Source: Octopus vulgaris
Lineage: Eukaryota
Direction: 5' to 3'
Assembly: GCA_951406725.2 (NCBI GenBank)
Contig: OX597815.1
Location: forward strand, 166,036,001-166,100,000
Length of the DNA: 64,000 nucleotides
The notes beneath the pieces were generated by a model. That model was given only the letters and a program-made list of their open reading frames with translations, did no database searches and was not told where the DNA came from. Each line of letters opens with the position of its first letter. Position 1 is the first letter of the stretch. A program made the translations under genes and the position numbers. Positions 41,419 through 54,891 of this stretch are shown piece after piece.

Positions 41419-41935
41419 TGTGTGTGTGTGTGTGTGTATGTGCGAACGCGCATAAGGATGGTGATGTTTCATGAAGTTTGCATCAATGAAATGATCAGGA
41501 ATGAATGAACAGCAATATCTGATTGATTATTAATATGGCCATTTACTAAGTAGATTATATATCAATTGTTATGCTGTTACGATGTTGAAGTTGATTATAT
41601 TATTAGTCGTTACAATATTGTTATAGTGCACCAACCTGTAGTGCTCGAAGCTTTAGTGCTCCAAATGAAGTTATAGTGTACCTGAGCACTGTATGCAATA
41701 ATTTCATTATATGTAAATATATAAGAAATATACAATTCTGGTGAGTTGTTTATTTGTGTGTACACAGTTTGTTTGTTGGTTTCGAGTCCCTTGTATATAT
41801 CAGAATTTTTTTTTCTTTTTCTGTGACTGCTACGCAGAAAGACATAGTAATATTGTCTTTATAATTTGAGTGACTGATGTCTATGTTCGCTCTTCAGCCA
41901 GACGGCGTATTGATGGCCGAAAAACGTCGACTGAG

Positions 41936-42014
41936 ATTTGCTTGTGTATTTATAATTTGTCGCTGAATGCCCGAAATGAGAGGTAGATAGACAGCCGACA
42001 ACTGATGAAAGGTC
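41936..42014 (+). ncRNA. Non-circularly permuted hammerhead-like motif (copy 3)
   Basis: atttgctt/aggtagat; stem I ttgtcg/cgacaa; ccc-GAAA 41973; CTGATGA 42002-42008; stem III decayed. Confidence 0.5.
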
Positions 42015-42215
42015 GTTCTTTGTGTTACTTATCCTGTTTTCCATTTTTCTGTCTCGTTGTTTGCGTATTTGACTCATTTGTTTTCGTACTTCATGTTGTT
42101 TACTGTTGGTGACGTCCTATACCCTCGTCTGTTTTTCAGTCCTTGTTTTCGTATACATTCGATGCTTTCTTCCAAGGAATCTAGTGCTCTTAGCTTAGTT
42201 TTTCCTTGGGGCTGG

Positions 42216-42290
42216 CCAGATTGGAGCAATCTCAAGATTAATCAGCCGAAATTGCGAGGATGATCCGGTTCTTGACTGCGGATAGAAAAC
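42216..42290 (+). ncRNA. Non-circularly permuted hammerhead-like motif (copy 4)
   Basis: ccagat/atccgg; stem III gcaat/attgc; AUC triplet; stem I tcaaga/tcttga; GAAA 42248; core CTGCGGA 42276 (1 mismatch). Confidence 0.6.
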
Positions 42291-42396
42291 TTCGAATGAC
42301 CTGTCTTGTTTTTTTTGTATCGTCTATCTGGATGTTTTGTTGTCTCTTTTTGTATCACCTAGTTGCCCGGATGTTTTGCGTTCTTGTCCCATTTTG

Positions 42397-42440
<44 letters not shown>

Positions 42441-42509
42441 CGACGTACGTACATATATTCTCTCATATGTACGTACACTTTATTCTATATATATATATGT
42501 AAGTATACA

Positions 42510-42542
<33 letters not shown>

Positions 42543-42786
42543 TACTTATATAATTATTTATAATTTTGCCAGTTCAATTATGTCACCAGAGAACAATTGG
42601 GCTCCTCGTCCTTAATTAGAATTGACTGAAGAATAAGTTTGAGGGAGATCAAGAGGTCAGCACATTCTCATTAATCTCTGAGTGCAACTGGTGAAAACAA
42701 TAGGCTGAAAACTTGTTGGATAATGTGGAAAAATGTGGTCCCGGCTTCGAACCCTAGTTTGGCTATTCTGTAGCTGTTCGTTACGT

Positions 42787-42856
<70 letters not shown>

Positions 42857-42932
42857 GTCTGTCTGTCTGCCTGTCTGCCTGTCTCTCGCTCTCACTCTCT
42901 CTCTCTTTCACTCACTCTCCCGCTTTCTCTCT

Positions 42933-42981
<49 letters not shown>

Positions 42982-42984
<3 letters not shown>

Positions 42985-44420
42985 CCGGTTTTCAAACAGG
43001 GAAACAGATCCCTCGCAGTCAACTATCGCCCAATCTCACTCACGTCCCACATCATTAAAGTGTTTGAAAGAGTGTTAAGATCAAGGATAGCTGACTTCCT
43101 GGAGACCCACAAACTCCTAAATTCAAATCAGCATGGCTTTCGCTGTGGCAGGGACTGTCTAACACAGCTCTTACACCACATTGAAGATGTACTCAAAGCC
43201 TTGGGAACAGGTTCGAACTCTGACATCATATATCTTGACTTCAGTAAAGCGTTCGACAGGGTAGACCATAACATCTTACTCTCAAAATTGGCAAATGTTG
43301 GAATCCGTGGAAAAGTTCTACACTGGATTCAGTATTTCCTGGCGAATAGAACACAACATGTTGTAGTTGATGGAGTCCACTCAAACCCAGCAAAAGTCAC
43401 TAGCGGTGTTCCCCAGGGAACTGTTTTGGGTCCGCTACTCTTCATAATTTACGTAAACGACCTTTCCAGTGTCGTACATCACTGCAAAGTGAAAATATTC
43501 GCTGATGACACTAAGCTCCAGCAAATCGTCAATGAAGAAGCAGACCGAACTCAACTCCAGTCTGATCTATATGCTGTGAGTCAATGGGCAGACAGAAACA
43601 AAATGCAACTGAATGAGGGAAAATTTGAGCTGATGCATTTTGGAAGAAATTCCTCACTAAAACAACCATACTCTCTTCCTTCAGGGGAACCGCTCACAGC
43701 CTTTAACAATATCAGAGACCTGGGTGTAATTGTTGATGACGATCTCAGTTGGAGTGCACACATCAACAAGAAGGTCGATACAGCTCGTAGGATGAGTTCC
43801 TGGATCTTAAGAACTTTCGGTCCAGAGAACAAGGTGTCATCATACCACTTTTTTCCTCCTTTGTACGGCCACACCTTGAATACTGCTGCCCACTGTGGTC
43901 TCCTCACACAAGACAAAACATCTCCAGAATTGAGTCACCCCAGAGGGCTCTCACTAAACAAATTGAAGGCATGGCTGCTATCGATTATTGGGATCGCCTT
44001 AAAGCCTTGAAACTTTACTCCCTCCAGCGTCGCCGTGAGCGGTACATCATTTGTACGATGTGGAAAATATACCGCCAACTTTGCCCAAACGACCTTCATT
44101 AGCTTCAAGGTTCATCCAAGACTTGGACCACGGGCTATACGTCCCCTGCCAAATTCAAGATCACAACTTACTTGTACACTGCAACATAATTTCTTTTCCT
44201 CAACAGGCCCTGCCCTATTTAACATTGTTCCGAGGGAGATCAAAGAGGAAAAGGATCCCATCAAGAGTTTGGATAGATTCCTTCAAAGAATACCAGATAA
44301 GCCACCCATAATTGGATTCAACTCACCCAACAAGAACTCACTACTTGAACAAAACTGGATACAACTCACCCAACAAGAACTCACTACTTGAACAAAACTT
44401 GACTTAAACAGGATTCGAAT
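42982..44420 (+). mobile_element. 5'-truncated CR1/L2-type LINE with the RT domain in one frame, later frameshifted
   Basis: [50 protein letters not shown]; frameshift near 43830; flanked by microsatellites. Confidence 0.93.
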
Positions 44421-44421
44421 A

Positions 44422-44467
<46 letters not shown>

Positions 44468-44569
44468 ATATATATATATATATCTATCTCTATCTCTCTC
44501 TATATATATTCTTTTATTCTCTTACTTGTTTCAGTCATTTGACTGCGGCCATGCTAGAGCAAATAGAAC

Positions 44570-44715
44570 CCATGAGATCTCCATGTCGCGCACATATGGT
44601 TGTCATACATTTGTCTGGTGTACCCTTATCAGATGGGTAGTCATGATGGGTATACTGGGCTTCGTATATTTTTTATCCCAGTGTCATTTTTATGGCATGT
44701 ACTGCTCCCTCACTC
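44570..44715 (+). mobile_element. Short copy of the (TAA)n-tailed 3' UTR
   Basis: Homologous to 13820-13963. Confidence 0.8.
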
Positions 44716-44731
44716 AATAATAATAATAATG

Positions 44732-44792
<61 letters not shown>

Positions 44793-44834
44793 TAATAATA
44801 ATAATAATAATAAAGATTTTTTTCAAGATAGAAA

Positions 44835-45160
44835 TGGAAACCTTCGAAAATGATGAAGTGTGGTTATTGTAGGACATTTCTATACAAACTGAAAGAAGAG
44901 AACACAGCAGATCAGATGCTGTAATCATCGGCAACACGTAGAAACCATGTGTTGCAATGGTATACCCGTTCGATACAATTAAAGACAATATAGAGCATTA
45001 TACAGTCGCAAATTATGAAATCCTCAAGTTCTGTAAGGAAGAAGTTCAGAAAATTATGATATTACTGATTATTGTGAAAAGTAACAGAATAATCCGAGAA
45101 TAAGCCTTTGATCTAATCAGAGAGTGGATGAAATGAGGAAAATATGTCTGCAAGGTTCAG
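44835..45160 (+). pseudogene. Decayed R4/Dong-like restriction-endonuclease-domain fragment
   Basis: ENDEVWLL*DISIQTE..EHSRSDAVI resembles ENxxxKILWDFxIQTDxxIEHRRPDIVI. Confidence 0.5.
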
Positions 45161-45975
45161 TAATGCAATGTAAAGTATATGTAAAAAACAAAAACAAAAA
45201 GCAACAACAAAAGACTACAGAATGCACAAAATATTTTTCATCCTAAACCAGGGGTTATGGTTCGATAGGAAGCATATTTATACCGGGCAAAACATCAATT
45301 ATATACAATATATATTGTAAAGACATTTGGTAACTTAGCTGAAGAAATAAAGCCACAAATGACCCGTCCTTTTTTTTGCCATGTCCTTCTAATTGTTGTT
45401 TTCCCTGTCCGCTTTTGTATCGTCTATCTGTCCGATTGTTGTATTGCTCTCTATTGCGTTTTTATGTATACAAAAACTCAATGAAGCAGTAAGAGACATC
45501 AGTAACGTAAGGAAGAACGACAGGACAAATAGCTCGAAAGAGAAAGAATCAGATGGTCATTTCATGCAAAGAAAACCGAGGATGCTGGAAGTATAGATTG
45601 TTGCTTGTGGCTGTCAGATAGCAACATGAAACGAGAAACCGAATGGTTAATTTTAGCCGTTACAGACCTCTCTGTTGACAGGGCAAATAACCCTTTTTTT
45701 TTTATCGAATGGCTGATACCATCACTAATCAGCAAACAATTTGTTCGTTGAAATTATAAAAAAAAAAACCATCGGCTCTTGTTTAATCTCAAACGTCCGG
45801 GGTTGCTTCTTGTTAACGATGTTGCAACACTAGTCCCAGAATCCCTTGCAACAATGAGACGAATGTGTTATGAACACACTCTTGTCGTAAAAAGGAAGAA
45901 ATAGTTCTTCTGAGATGTGCGGAACAGCGATTAGCATGTATGTATGTATGCATGTATGTATGTATGTATGCATGC

Positions 45976-46006
<31 letters not shown>

Positions 46007-46379
46007 TGTATGTATGTATGTATGTATGTATGTATATGTATAATATATGTAATATATACATATATATATGTATATATATGTGTATATACATATATATATG
46101 TATATATATGTGCATATATATGTATATATATATATGATATGTATGCATATATGCATATATGTAATGTAATATAGATAGATAGATAGATAGATAGATAGAC
46201 AGATACATACATACATACATTCATACATACATACATACATACATAATAGATACATACATACATACACACATATATACATACATATATACATTCATACATA
46301 CATACATACATACATACATACATACATACATAATACATACAAACATAATACATACATACATGCATACATACATATATAT

Positions 46380-46980
46380 AAATAAAAAATGGAACAATAA
46401 CGCAATAGATGACAATAAAACATTCGGACAGATAGACGATACAAAAGCGAACAGGGAAAACAACAATTAGAAGGACAGGGAAAAAAACAGGATGGGTCAT
46501 TCGTGGCTTTCTTTCTTCAGTTAAGTTACCAAATGTCCTTACAGTTTCGGGCAGTTACATTTGAGTCTGTTTGATCTGGTTGTCCCCCCCCCACACCAAA
46601 GTCTAAGGTAAGAGCAATACATTTTTTCGTAAGGAAGCTATCGAATGTGTACGGCAACAAAGACAACGAAAAAAAAAACAGGGAACATGGTACGCAGTTA
46701 CAAATACAAACAACATGAATATAACAACAGGGGTCTTTCGACTGAGGACGTATCAAATTGAGCTGGCGGGTATAAAGTGAAAGCCTTAAGGCAGGAACAT
46801 AGGAGATGGACATAAGTGGTGTTGGCAGTCGGCAGTCAAGCCAAGAAAGAAAGATCATGGCTGGCCGGACACCGGTCACGCGGAAGGAGGAGAGAGGGGT
46901 ATGGGGCATTGGGATTGAAGGATTTGAAAAAATCAAAGAGACGAAGGGAAAAGTACAAGGGAGATAAACGAGGAGGATAA
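46380..46980 (-). mobile_element. Penelope-like terminal fragment containing permuted hammerhead-like copy 5 (46510-46580)
   Basis: Aligns with 42160-42400 and 45315-45465; minus strand accagat/atttggt, acag/GAAA-ctgt, CTGAAGA. Confidence 0.55.
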
Positions 46981-47085
46981 GTAGGAGTTAAAGGAAGAGA
47001 GGGCCAAGAAATGTGAAAGAGAGGGGGAGCGATATATATATATATATACATACATACATACAGACAGACAGACAGACAGACAGAC

Positions 47086-47152
<67 letters not shown>

Positions 47153-47231
47153 CAATTAGACAGACAGACAGACAGACAGGCAGATAGATAGATAAATAGA
47201 TAGATAGACAATTAGATAGACAGACAGGTAA

Positions 47232-47302
<71 letters not shown>

Positions 47303-47558
47303 TGGGTATACACACGCATACACGCGTGATGATTGGTTAAGGGAGAAGGCGGACATGATCATCCTGCGTAGGCGTTTCAATGTCTTGCTGTAAATGAAGG
47401 GAGTAAGTAGTACTATAAGGGTCAGAATTTGAATAAAGTTCATTGACGTCAGTTATTGCTTCGTTGATAGAAGTAAAAACGTATTATTGTGAAGGAAAGA
47501 AGAGGGGCGTGTGCGTGTGCGTGGGAGAGGGCAGAGAGAGTGAGAGCGAGCGAGAGAA

Positions 47559-47590
<32 letters not shown>

Positions 47591-47845
47591 GGGGATGAGT
47601 AGGAGAGATGCATATAGAGAACGGAGATGAGTTGAAAAGCCATTAAGGTCAAAATACTAGTTGGCCAAATTTGGTAGCCTTGGGGAAGTTTCAAAAATTA
47701 ACTTTTATAAGAAGACAGATGAAGCACTATTTGGGGTTTTAAGTGTGTTGGATTACGTTATTCATTACGCTCTTCAGTTAGAACAACTCATTCAAACGCC
47801 TTTCATAAAGCGACTTCCCGTTTATCAACTTTAACTTATCATCCA

Positions 47846-48226
47846 CTAGCAGTATCGCCCGGCGTTGCTCGGGTTTGTAAGGGAAATAACTATATAAGCA
47901 TTTTTAGAGAGTTATAGCCAAAAAATAGCAAAAAATGCATTAAAAATGGAAAAAAAATGATGGTAAATTTTTTTTTAAATCCTTGACTTCCCTTATATAA
48001 TAGCGAAAAAATGCATTAAAATGGAGAAAAATGATGGTAAATTATTTTTAAAATCGTAGACTCATCGTAGACTCATCGTAGACACGCGCTAATACCCAGA
48101 AGGGCTCGATATGAATCACGACTATAAGATACCCGGTTTTGGTTAAACTGCACCGCAAAATGTGGGAGTAGTTAGGAATCTAAATCATAGGAGACAGACA
48201 CACAACTTCACTTTTATATATAAAGA
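47846..48226 (-). mobile_element. Non-autonomous Helitron, subfamily 1
   Basis: Paralogue of 6825-7223 with the same termini. Confidence 0.88.
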
Positions 48227-48359
48227 TATGCGTACATTATATATATATATATACGGTTCTGGCTCCATCAGCAGATATTCAGTTTGGTCTTTAAAGAAAT
48301 ACAACAATGTATTTGGAACAATTGTAGACCTGTATTATTACAGGCATCATCTGTTTTAA

Positions 48360-48928
<569 letters not shown>

Positions 48929-49067
48929 TAATAATAAAAAACAACAACAACAACAACAACTGTAATAAAGAAAGCTGCTTATTAATTAGATATGTAACAA
49001 TTACTAAAAGTACTAAAAGAAAGCAATATTAAAAGCTTGACCGTCTGGAAATATTTTTATAACTAAA

Positions 49068-49401
49068 CTAGCAGTATCGCCCGGCGTTGCTCGGGTTTGT
49101 TTCGACCCTTTATGTTTGGAATTTTTGAAAAGTATGCATTATGTAGCTTGTTATTCTCTTTAAGTGAACATTTTTCTGGTTGAAATACACTGAAAAACGG
49201 CGACACAGCAGTAAAAAAATCCTTTTTGATGTAAATAATTTTTGATGTTAACATGGTCCGATTTGAATTTTTTGTCCTACGGAAGAAAGAGCAAGCCTTC
49301 TTCTATCATATTCTCAATTTTGGTCAACTAGTGCTGCAGTGTCTCGGAGGAGATAGTGTTAGTTGAAGGCTACCAAACCTGCCATACACAGACAACTTCA
49401 G

Positions 49402-49410
<9 letters not shown>
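49068..49410 (-). mobile_element. Non-autonomous Helitron, subfamily 2
   Basis: CTAG plus hairpin end; 5' end merges into (TA)n. Confidence 0.85.
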
Positions 49411-49453
<43 letters not shown>

Positions 49454-49930
49454 GGTCAACACACACATTGCATGCATCTGTTTTGTACGCATAAATGCTC
49501 GTGTGAGTGTGTGTGTGTGTGACTGAAGCCATTCACACATACATACATACATACATACATACATACATACATACATACATACATACATGCATACATACAT
49601 AACAACACCTGTCTGTCTGTTTTTGTCTGTCAATCACTCACTAAAAAGAAATTTTTAAAATCTGTCTCGCTTTCGCTCTCCCTCTCCCTCCCTCTCTTTA
49701 CACCGTCGCTAGAAGGGGACTTAACTAATTTTTGTCAACAATAATGGCGTCACTACAGTGGATTTCTCAGCCGTGAAAATTGAAGTTATGGCTCAAAATT
49801 ATTTACCGCTATTCGCGGGTGCCTCGGTGGAAAATAATTTGACGAAAATACAGCTAGGATCGTGACGAATGTCCTCCTAAAATTTGAGTGACATGCGTGC
49901 TAATTTGTGGATGTGCATAAACTACAATCA

Positions 49931-50025
<95 letters not shown>

Positions 50026-50619
50026 CCTGCCTTATATATATACAGATGTTCTAAGATTTTTCCTATAATTTCGACTTCTGAAGTTTATTGAATTTTTCTA
50101 ACGCCAAATTCTCGCAAATTTGCATATTCATTGCATTCAATGCGTCCAGTTCTTCATAAATCTAAATATCCATTGCATTCACTGCGGAGTAGATTTTAAT
50201 GTTTAATAATAAACACTATTGATTCGTTGTATGCAACATTTTACGTTTTTATTTGCAACAGTCTCTCATTCTCGCTCGCCTCTATTTTCATTAATGATAA
50301 TTTAATAATAGCTATATAACTTTGATACAAGACACAATTTCAAGAATATTATCAGTTTCCAGAGTTTGTTAGATGAATATTTTTGATAAAATGAAATTTT
50401 TTTAATATACTGGTATAATTTTTAACTGGTTTTGTGTTGAATGAATGCATGCTATTACACAAAATAGCTGAATAACTTTGATACGTGGCACAATTTTAAG
50501 AATATTATCAGTTCCCGGAGTTTGTTAAATGAATATTTTTGATAAAATGAAAATTCTTTAATATACCGGTATAATGACCTTTGCCAATGACCTGCCAATG
50601 AAAGTGGTACTCTATCAGT

Positions 50620-51867
50620 TCTATCTGTATATGCTGACATCAAAAATAACTTCACAAACACTGTGTAGCTTGCAAATAGAACCATTGTTACTCCAACAAA
50701 TGAAGCAGCACAATTTGTGAATGATTTTCTATTGACCGGGATCCCTGGTGAGCTAAAAATATACAGAAGCTCAGATACAGTTGATAATGAAACTCTGTAC
50801 CCAATTGAATTCATCAACAAACTTACACCATCAGGGTTTCCACCACACATTATAAAATTGAAGGGGAAATGCTGCATAATGCTTCTGAGAAATTTAGTTG
50901 CTACTAACGGACATTGCAAAGGCACGCTCTACATCATTGTCAGCTTACATGATTATGTTTTTGAGGCTGAGGTTGCTTCTGCTAGTCCCAAGAATACCAC
51001 ATGTGTCTCAAGAAATGGAATTTCCATTCACATTTACACGCAAACGATTTCCTGTCAAGCCAGCTTTTGCATTGACTTGCAACAAAGCACAGGGACAGGC
51101 TTTTGAACAAACTGGAATATATCTTCCCACGCAATTCTTCTCACATGGTCAGCTGCATGTTGCATTATCTAGAGTCCAAAAGAAGGCTAATGTAAAAACA
51201 TTAATTTTTACTCTAGGCACAAGGGCCCTAAATTTTGGGGGAGGGGGCCAGTCGATTATATCGACCCCAGTACGCAACTGGTATTTAATTTATCAACCCT
51301 CGAAAGGATAAAAAGCAAAGTCGACCTCGGCGGAATTTGAACTCAGAACATAAAGACAGACGAAATACTTATTTCTTTACTACCCACTAGGAGCTACACA
51401 CAGAGGGGACAAACAAGGACAGACAAACGGATTAAATCGATTATAGCGACCCCAGTGCGTAACTGGTACTTATTTAATCGACCCTGAAAGGATGAAAGGC
51501 AAAGTCGACCTCGGCGGAATTTGAACTCAGAACTTAACGGCAGACGAAATACCTATTTCTTTACTACCCACAAGGGGCTAAACACAGAGAAGACAAACAA
51601 GGACAGACAAACGGATTAAGTCGATTATAGCGACCCCAGTGCGTAACTGGTAATTAATTTATCGACCCTGAAAGGATGAAAGGCTAAGTCAACCTCGGCG
51701 GAATTTGAACTCAGAACGTAACGGCAGACGAAATACGGCTACGCATTTTGCCCGGATTGCTAACCATTCTGCCAGCTCGCCGCCTTACGAATGTAAAAAT
51801 AATTCCTGAAAGAAATAGAAACAGTATGATTACTGACACTTGTGTCTACAAGGAGATATTACTTTAA
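50620..51867 (+). pseudogene. Helitron RepHel PIF1-helicase C-terminal remnant, interrupted by a SINE array
   Basis: YPIEFINKLTPSGFPPH, IMLLRNL, FPVKPAFALTCNKAQGQ, FSHGQLHVALSRV; resumes at 51790 as NVKIIPE...TDTCVYKEILL*. Confidence 0.9.
51207..51787 (-). mobile_element. Head-to-tail trimer of SINE family B (~184-bp period)
   Basis: Three repeats of cgaccccagtgcgtaactgg...cagacgaaatac; flanked by aatgtaaaaa at 51189 and 51790. Confidence 0.9.
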
Positions 51868-52220
51868 AGCAAAATATGCTTTTTAGCAAGTTTCAGTAAA
51901 TATAATTAACTCATAAATTATATGTAAAGTTAACATATACTTGCGAGGAATTAAATTGTTTTGGCATATTTCAACAGATGCCGGATGAACGATATCGTTA
52001 AATTAGATCACTTTAAATTTAGGTATATTTGAAAAGGTAAGGAAACGCCATTCCCATGTGTTCTCACAGCACCAGACATTTTGTGTGTATGTGTGTGTGT
52101 GTATGTGTGTGAGTGTGTGTTTGTGTGTGCATCCATCCACCTAGCCATCCATCCATCCGTCCATCCGTCCGTCCGTCCGTCCGTCCGTCCGTCCGTCCGT
52201 CTGTCTGTCTGTCTGTCTGC

Positions 52221-52304
<84 letters not shown>

Positions 52305-53119
52305 GCACACCTATGTAAGTTCTACCAATTATTAATGATAAATATATATAACAGATTCAATCAACTATATATCTACAAATACATTTTTGTAACGTCCGTT
52401 AGTTAGTTAGTCACACCCTCCATTTCAGCCATTATTATAGGTTTGACTCTGGAAAATTTTTATAAATTCCTCTAGTATATATTGATAAAAAGGCACTTTC
52501 GCAGCCACTGTTATTATTCACTATCACAAATTGAAATATTTGTTGCCAAGCTTTACGTTCCCCGCAGAGTAGGTTTTAACATATGATAAACAATATTAAT
52601 ATGTTCTGGCAAAATGTTTCGTTTTCATTTGCAAAACAGTCTCTCACTTTCTCTCTCTCTCTCTCCCGCCTATAATTGTTTTCATTAATAATAATCTACT
52701 TAATACATATTCATTGCAATTTTTTTCTTTTCAAGTTTTATTTCGTGTTTTCAGATGAGGAAATCAAGTATTTCGTTGACTTGAATTTGCGGTGTAAATG
52801 CCCTTAGCTTATTGTTTATACGTACTGAAAATAAATTGTATTGGACAATTTGTTAAAACTTACTGAGGCTTCGAACTCATGTGACTTATTTCTTTTCCCT
52901 CACTATCTAAGAATTAGCAAGTGAATTTGTTGCTGTGACTGTTGGATACGCAATAGGCATTAAAATATCTCTAAGTGATCGCTGCTATTTTTTGGCAGTT
53001 GGACTACGTTGATGTTTGTTTAAAAAATAGAGATTATTGTTGTTATAAAATAATGAAAGCTATATTTACTAAGCAAGTGAGCACTATAATACAAGAAAAT
53101 AATTAAACTTACAATATCA

Positions 53120-53870
53120 TAATAGTGTCGGTCATCTCGGAAATGGAGGTGGCCGGCACTGTTCTAAGGGAGTACGAAGCGGTGACAAAAGTCGGTGGGC
53201 CTGCAGCGCGGCACCTAGAGAAGCAGATCCATGTTAACCGACGGTGTTGTAGGGCGCTGGATGGAAGGACCTGTTAAATTGCTCGGGCTCTGGTTTGGCC
53301 CAGACCTCCAGGTTGACAAGAACTGTTAGAAGATGACGAGCTGGGTAGTCAATCTCACTCAGAAATGGGCTGAGAGGAAGCTGTTCCTAAAAGATCGGGT
53401 GGAGGTGGCGAATGCGTACATTGCTTCCGTCATCTATTACCGCCTGATTTTCATCCCTTGCCTCGCTTCGTGGTTGAACAAGCTGGAGCGCTTGCTCTTC
53501 CGCTTTCTGTGGAAGAGAAGTGTTCCGCTCATCAGACGGATGCTGCGACATCTCCAACGTTTCCTTAACGGTGAGGTGTGGCCACCGTTCATAAAACGGG
53601 ACTTTCCGCAGTTCGTCTCATTGATGGAGCTACAGTCCTGGGTCAAACGTAGACCAAGAAAGGACACTTGGCACCTGGAGTGTCGGCAAGCACTCACAGC
53701 TTTCTGCCAGTCGGGCAACGCAGTCAGTGGAAGTTCCCCTATGGAGTTCTATAGAGGATCAGTGGGGGAAAGAACGACGACGTACTCGGGGAAACTCTGA
53801 GTGTCGGTAGGGATCAACTAACTGGTCTTTTCCAGAGGACTTTTGGACTAGGGCCTATGGATAACTTCCA
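53120..53870 (+). pseudogene. L1/Tx1-like LINE ORF2 fragment (post-RT)
   Basis: KLLGLWFG, QKWAERKLFLKDRVEVANAYIASVIYY, LERLLFRFLW. Confidence 0.7.
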
Positions 53871-54034
53871 GCTAGGGCAAATCAAGGAACCCCACAAGTC
53901 CAGGATTAACCTGACCACCTAAGTTACGAGCCCTCTCTTCTGCTCTCCAGCCTATAGGCACATACTAAGTGTATATTGCTATTGTAGAAACTCCATCGAT
54001 TGTATTGACCGAATGGTAGAGGACAGTGAGCACC

Positions 54035-54065
<31 letters not shown>

Positions 54066-54144
54066 AACAATAACAATAATAATAACAATTTTGGCACAAG
54101 GCCAGCAAATCAGAAGACAGAAGAAATGTTGTTAAGCATTTTGC

Positions 54145-54747
54145 CAAGGCCATCGCAAAGCCCCTGAAAACTCTGTGGTCGCATGGGCCTCCGCGGTTGA
54201 GGGGCCCTATGTTGAGACTAAAGCATGTAGATGAGTCATCTATTTACTTTGGTTAAGATGTTGAACAAGAATTAAACTATCTATGTGAACTGAAAATTTC
54301 AAGAAATAAAATGGTAATAGATTGTATCTGCAAACGTTCTTGTAAAAATATTACATTGTGCCACGAACGTGTATCAGACATTGTGGATTGTCTATGAGAT
54401 CTATTAAACACAAACTTAGCCCTCAGCTTGATTATTCTGAACTAATCGATAATGTCGCGAAACAAAAAGTTAGCCGTGTTTGTCTTTGAAAGTTGCCTGG
54501 ATTATAAAAGTGCTCTTTTATTCATATCTGGAAGTTTTACTTATTGAAATTTGTAATAGACCTAAATAAATTTAATTTGTTCTTTTAAAGACGTTCTTTA
54601 GGATAACGTAAAATATTGAACTTTAGATAGAATTAAGTAAAATATAGCTATGGATAAAAGGTGCGTAGATTATGAATTTTGACTGAAGGGATGGGTTCTC
54701 GAAACAAAACGTTGCAGGGAGCCCCTAAAAGTCATGCGACGGAGCTG
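54145..54747 (+). mobile_element. Internally deleted hAT transposon inserted in a SINE B
   Basis: Imperfect TIRs caaggccatcgca / tgcgacggagctg; TSD cattttgc/cattttaa; encodes LSMRSIKHKLSPQLDYSELIDNVAKQKVSRV* (hAT C-terminal dimerisation-like). Confidence 0.7.
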
Positions 54748-54891
54748 CATTTTAACTGGCGTGCTAACGATTATGTCAGCTCACCAACTAATATGTGTTT
54801 GTGTGTGCAGATTCGAGGGCTGGTGTACATACATACGTACACACACACACACATGTATATGTATATTTACTGAACTTTTATAAGGTGCTAA

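Noticed and set aside
42565-42640. Sixth permuted hammerhead (tcaatt/aattga-CTGAAGA)
   Set aside because: GAAA, stem III and the NUH register do not fit
42733-42981. N-terminal part of the 425-aa ORF as a fused host or signal-peptide domain
   Set aside because: It is (CTAT)n/(TA)n read-through upstream of a 5'-truncated LINE
51207-51787. CRISPR-like array
   Set aside because: Eukaryotic SINE multimer; the whole unit repeats and there are no unique spacers
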